Notes under the pieces: generated by a model
Seen by the model: only the letters and a program-made list of their open reading frames with translations
Databases searched by the model: none
What the model was told of the DNA's origin: nothing
Source of the DNA: an uncultured Alphaproteobacteria bacterium
GTDB lineage: Bacteria; Pseudomonadota; Alphaproteobacteria; Rhizobiales; Beijerinckiaceae
DNA: 64,000 nucleotides
Reading direction: 5' to 3'
Assembly: GCA_963809245.1 (NCBI GenBank)
Contig: CAWEIU010000008.1
Location: forward strand, 45,611 to 109,610
Shown here: positions 63,656-64,000 of the stretch, in pieces
Layout: every line of letters begins with the position of its first letter
Numbering within the stretch: the first letter of the stretch is position 1
Program-made: the position numbers and the translations under genes

Positions 63656-64000
63656 CTAACTCCGCTCCTTCCGCGCGCGGCGCGGCGGCCGGTTCGGCCA
63701 GCGGACGATGTGGTCGAGCCAGGCTTCCGTCGGCACGTCGTCCTCGCTCGCGGCGAGGCGCCCGCGCACCGAGACGCCGGCCTCGTGAACCGTATCCGGC
63801 GAGCCGGAAACCAAGGGATGCCACCAGGCGAGGTCGCCGCCCTCGGCGAGAACCCGGTAGGCGCAGGTGACGGGAAGCCAGCTCAGCGAGCGAACGGCCT
63901 CCGGGGTGAGCTTGACGCAATCCGGCACCTTGCGCTGCCGGCTGGGATAGTCGCGGCAGCGACAGGTCTTGCCGTCGAGCAACGTGCAGCCCAGGTCTGT
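63656..64000 (-). CDS. ycgN: YcgN-family (UPF0260) cysteine-cluster protein, 5' end outside the window
   Basis: ORF 63656..63982. The frame stays open to base 64000 ([34 protein letters not shown]...[26 protein letters not shown]). Confidence 0.75.
   Translation of the reverse strand, partial: TDLGCTLLDGKTCRCRDYPSRQRKVPDCVKLTPEAVRSLSWLPVTCAYRVLAEGGDLAWWHPLVSGSPDTVHEAGVSVRGRLAASEDDVPTEAWLDHIVRWPNRPPRRARKERS

Overview
High-GC (about 65-70% by eye) chromosomal window, apparently from an alphaproteobacterium of the Hyphomicrobiales/Rhizobiales type. That guess rests on rpoH, cycHJKL-type ccmIEFH, CspA and intergenic 'GTCATGCCCGCGAAAGCGGGCATCCAG' repeats; no database search was possible. All family calls come from motifs I recognise in the translations. 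Left to right: (1) a TetR-MFP-RND efflux operon (1-3766). (2) A rhamnan-type polysaccharide locus on the minus strand (3964-16866): a frameshifted WaaE/KdtX-like GT2, a fused MsbA/PglK-like ABC exporter, an RgpF-family protein, a WbsX-RgpF fusion, a coiled-coil dual-GT2 enzyme and rfbBCDA. (3) The most interesting block (17442-27752, minus strand): an HAD-UbiA fusion, DprE1-like FAD oxidase, DprE2-like SDR and GtrA-like protein, which together match the known route to a polyprenyl-phospho-D-arabinofuranose donor. They sit with a second FAD oxidoreductase/NAD epimerase pair and two orphan polytopic membrane proteins, one clearly AT-richer. I read this as a Gtr-like periplasmic glycan-decoration system that uses a lipid-linked pentose, probably acting on the neighbouring rhamnan. 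(4) Housekeeping genes: rpoH, rluD, homocysteine methyltransferase, cspA, xylB, cysD-cysNC, dppABCDF (dppB frameshifted) coupled to a GMC oxidoreductase and mmcB, an aminotransferase, ccmIEFH, an OmpR/HK pair, PepSY, an S1 protease and ycgN. Non-coding signals include a phased array of TTGAC/GTCAA motifs at 55823-55976 and several MITE/REP-like inverted-repeat elements. No rRNA, tRNA, CRISPR, transposase or integrase was seen. Many long ORFs in the track are antisense shadows typical of high-GC DNA.
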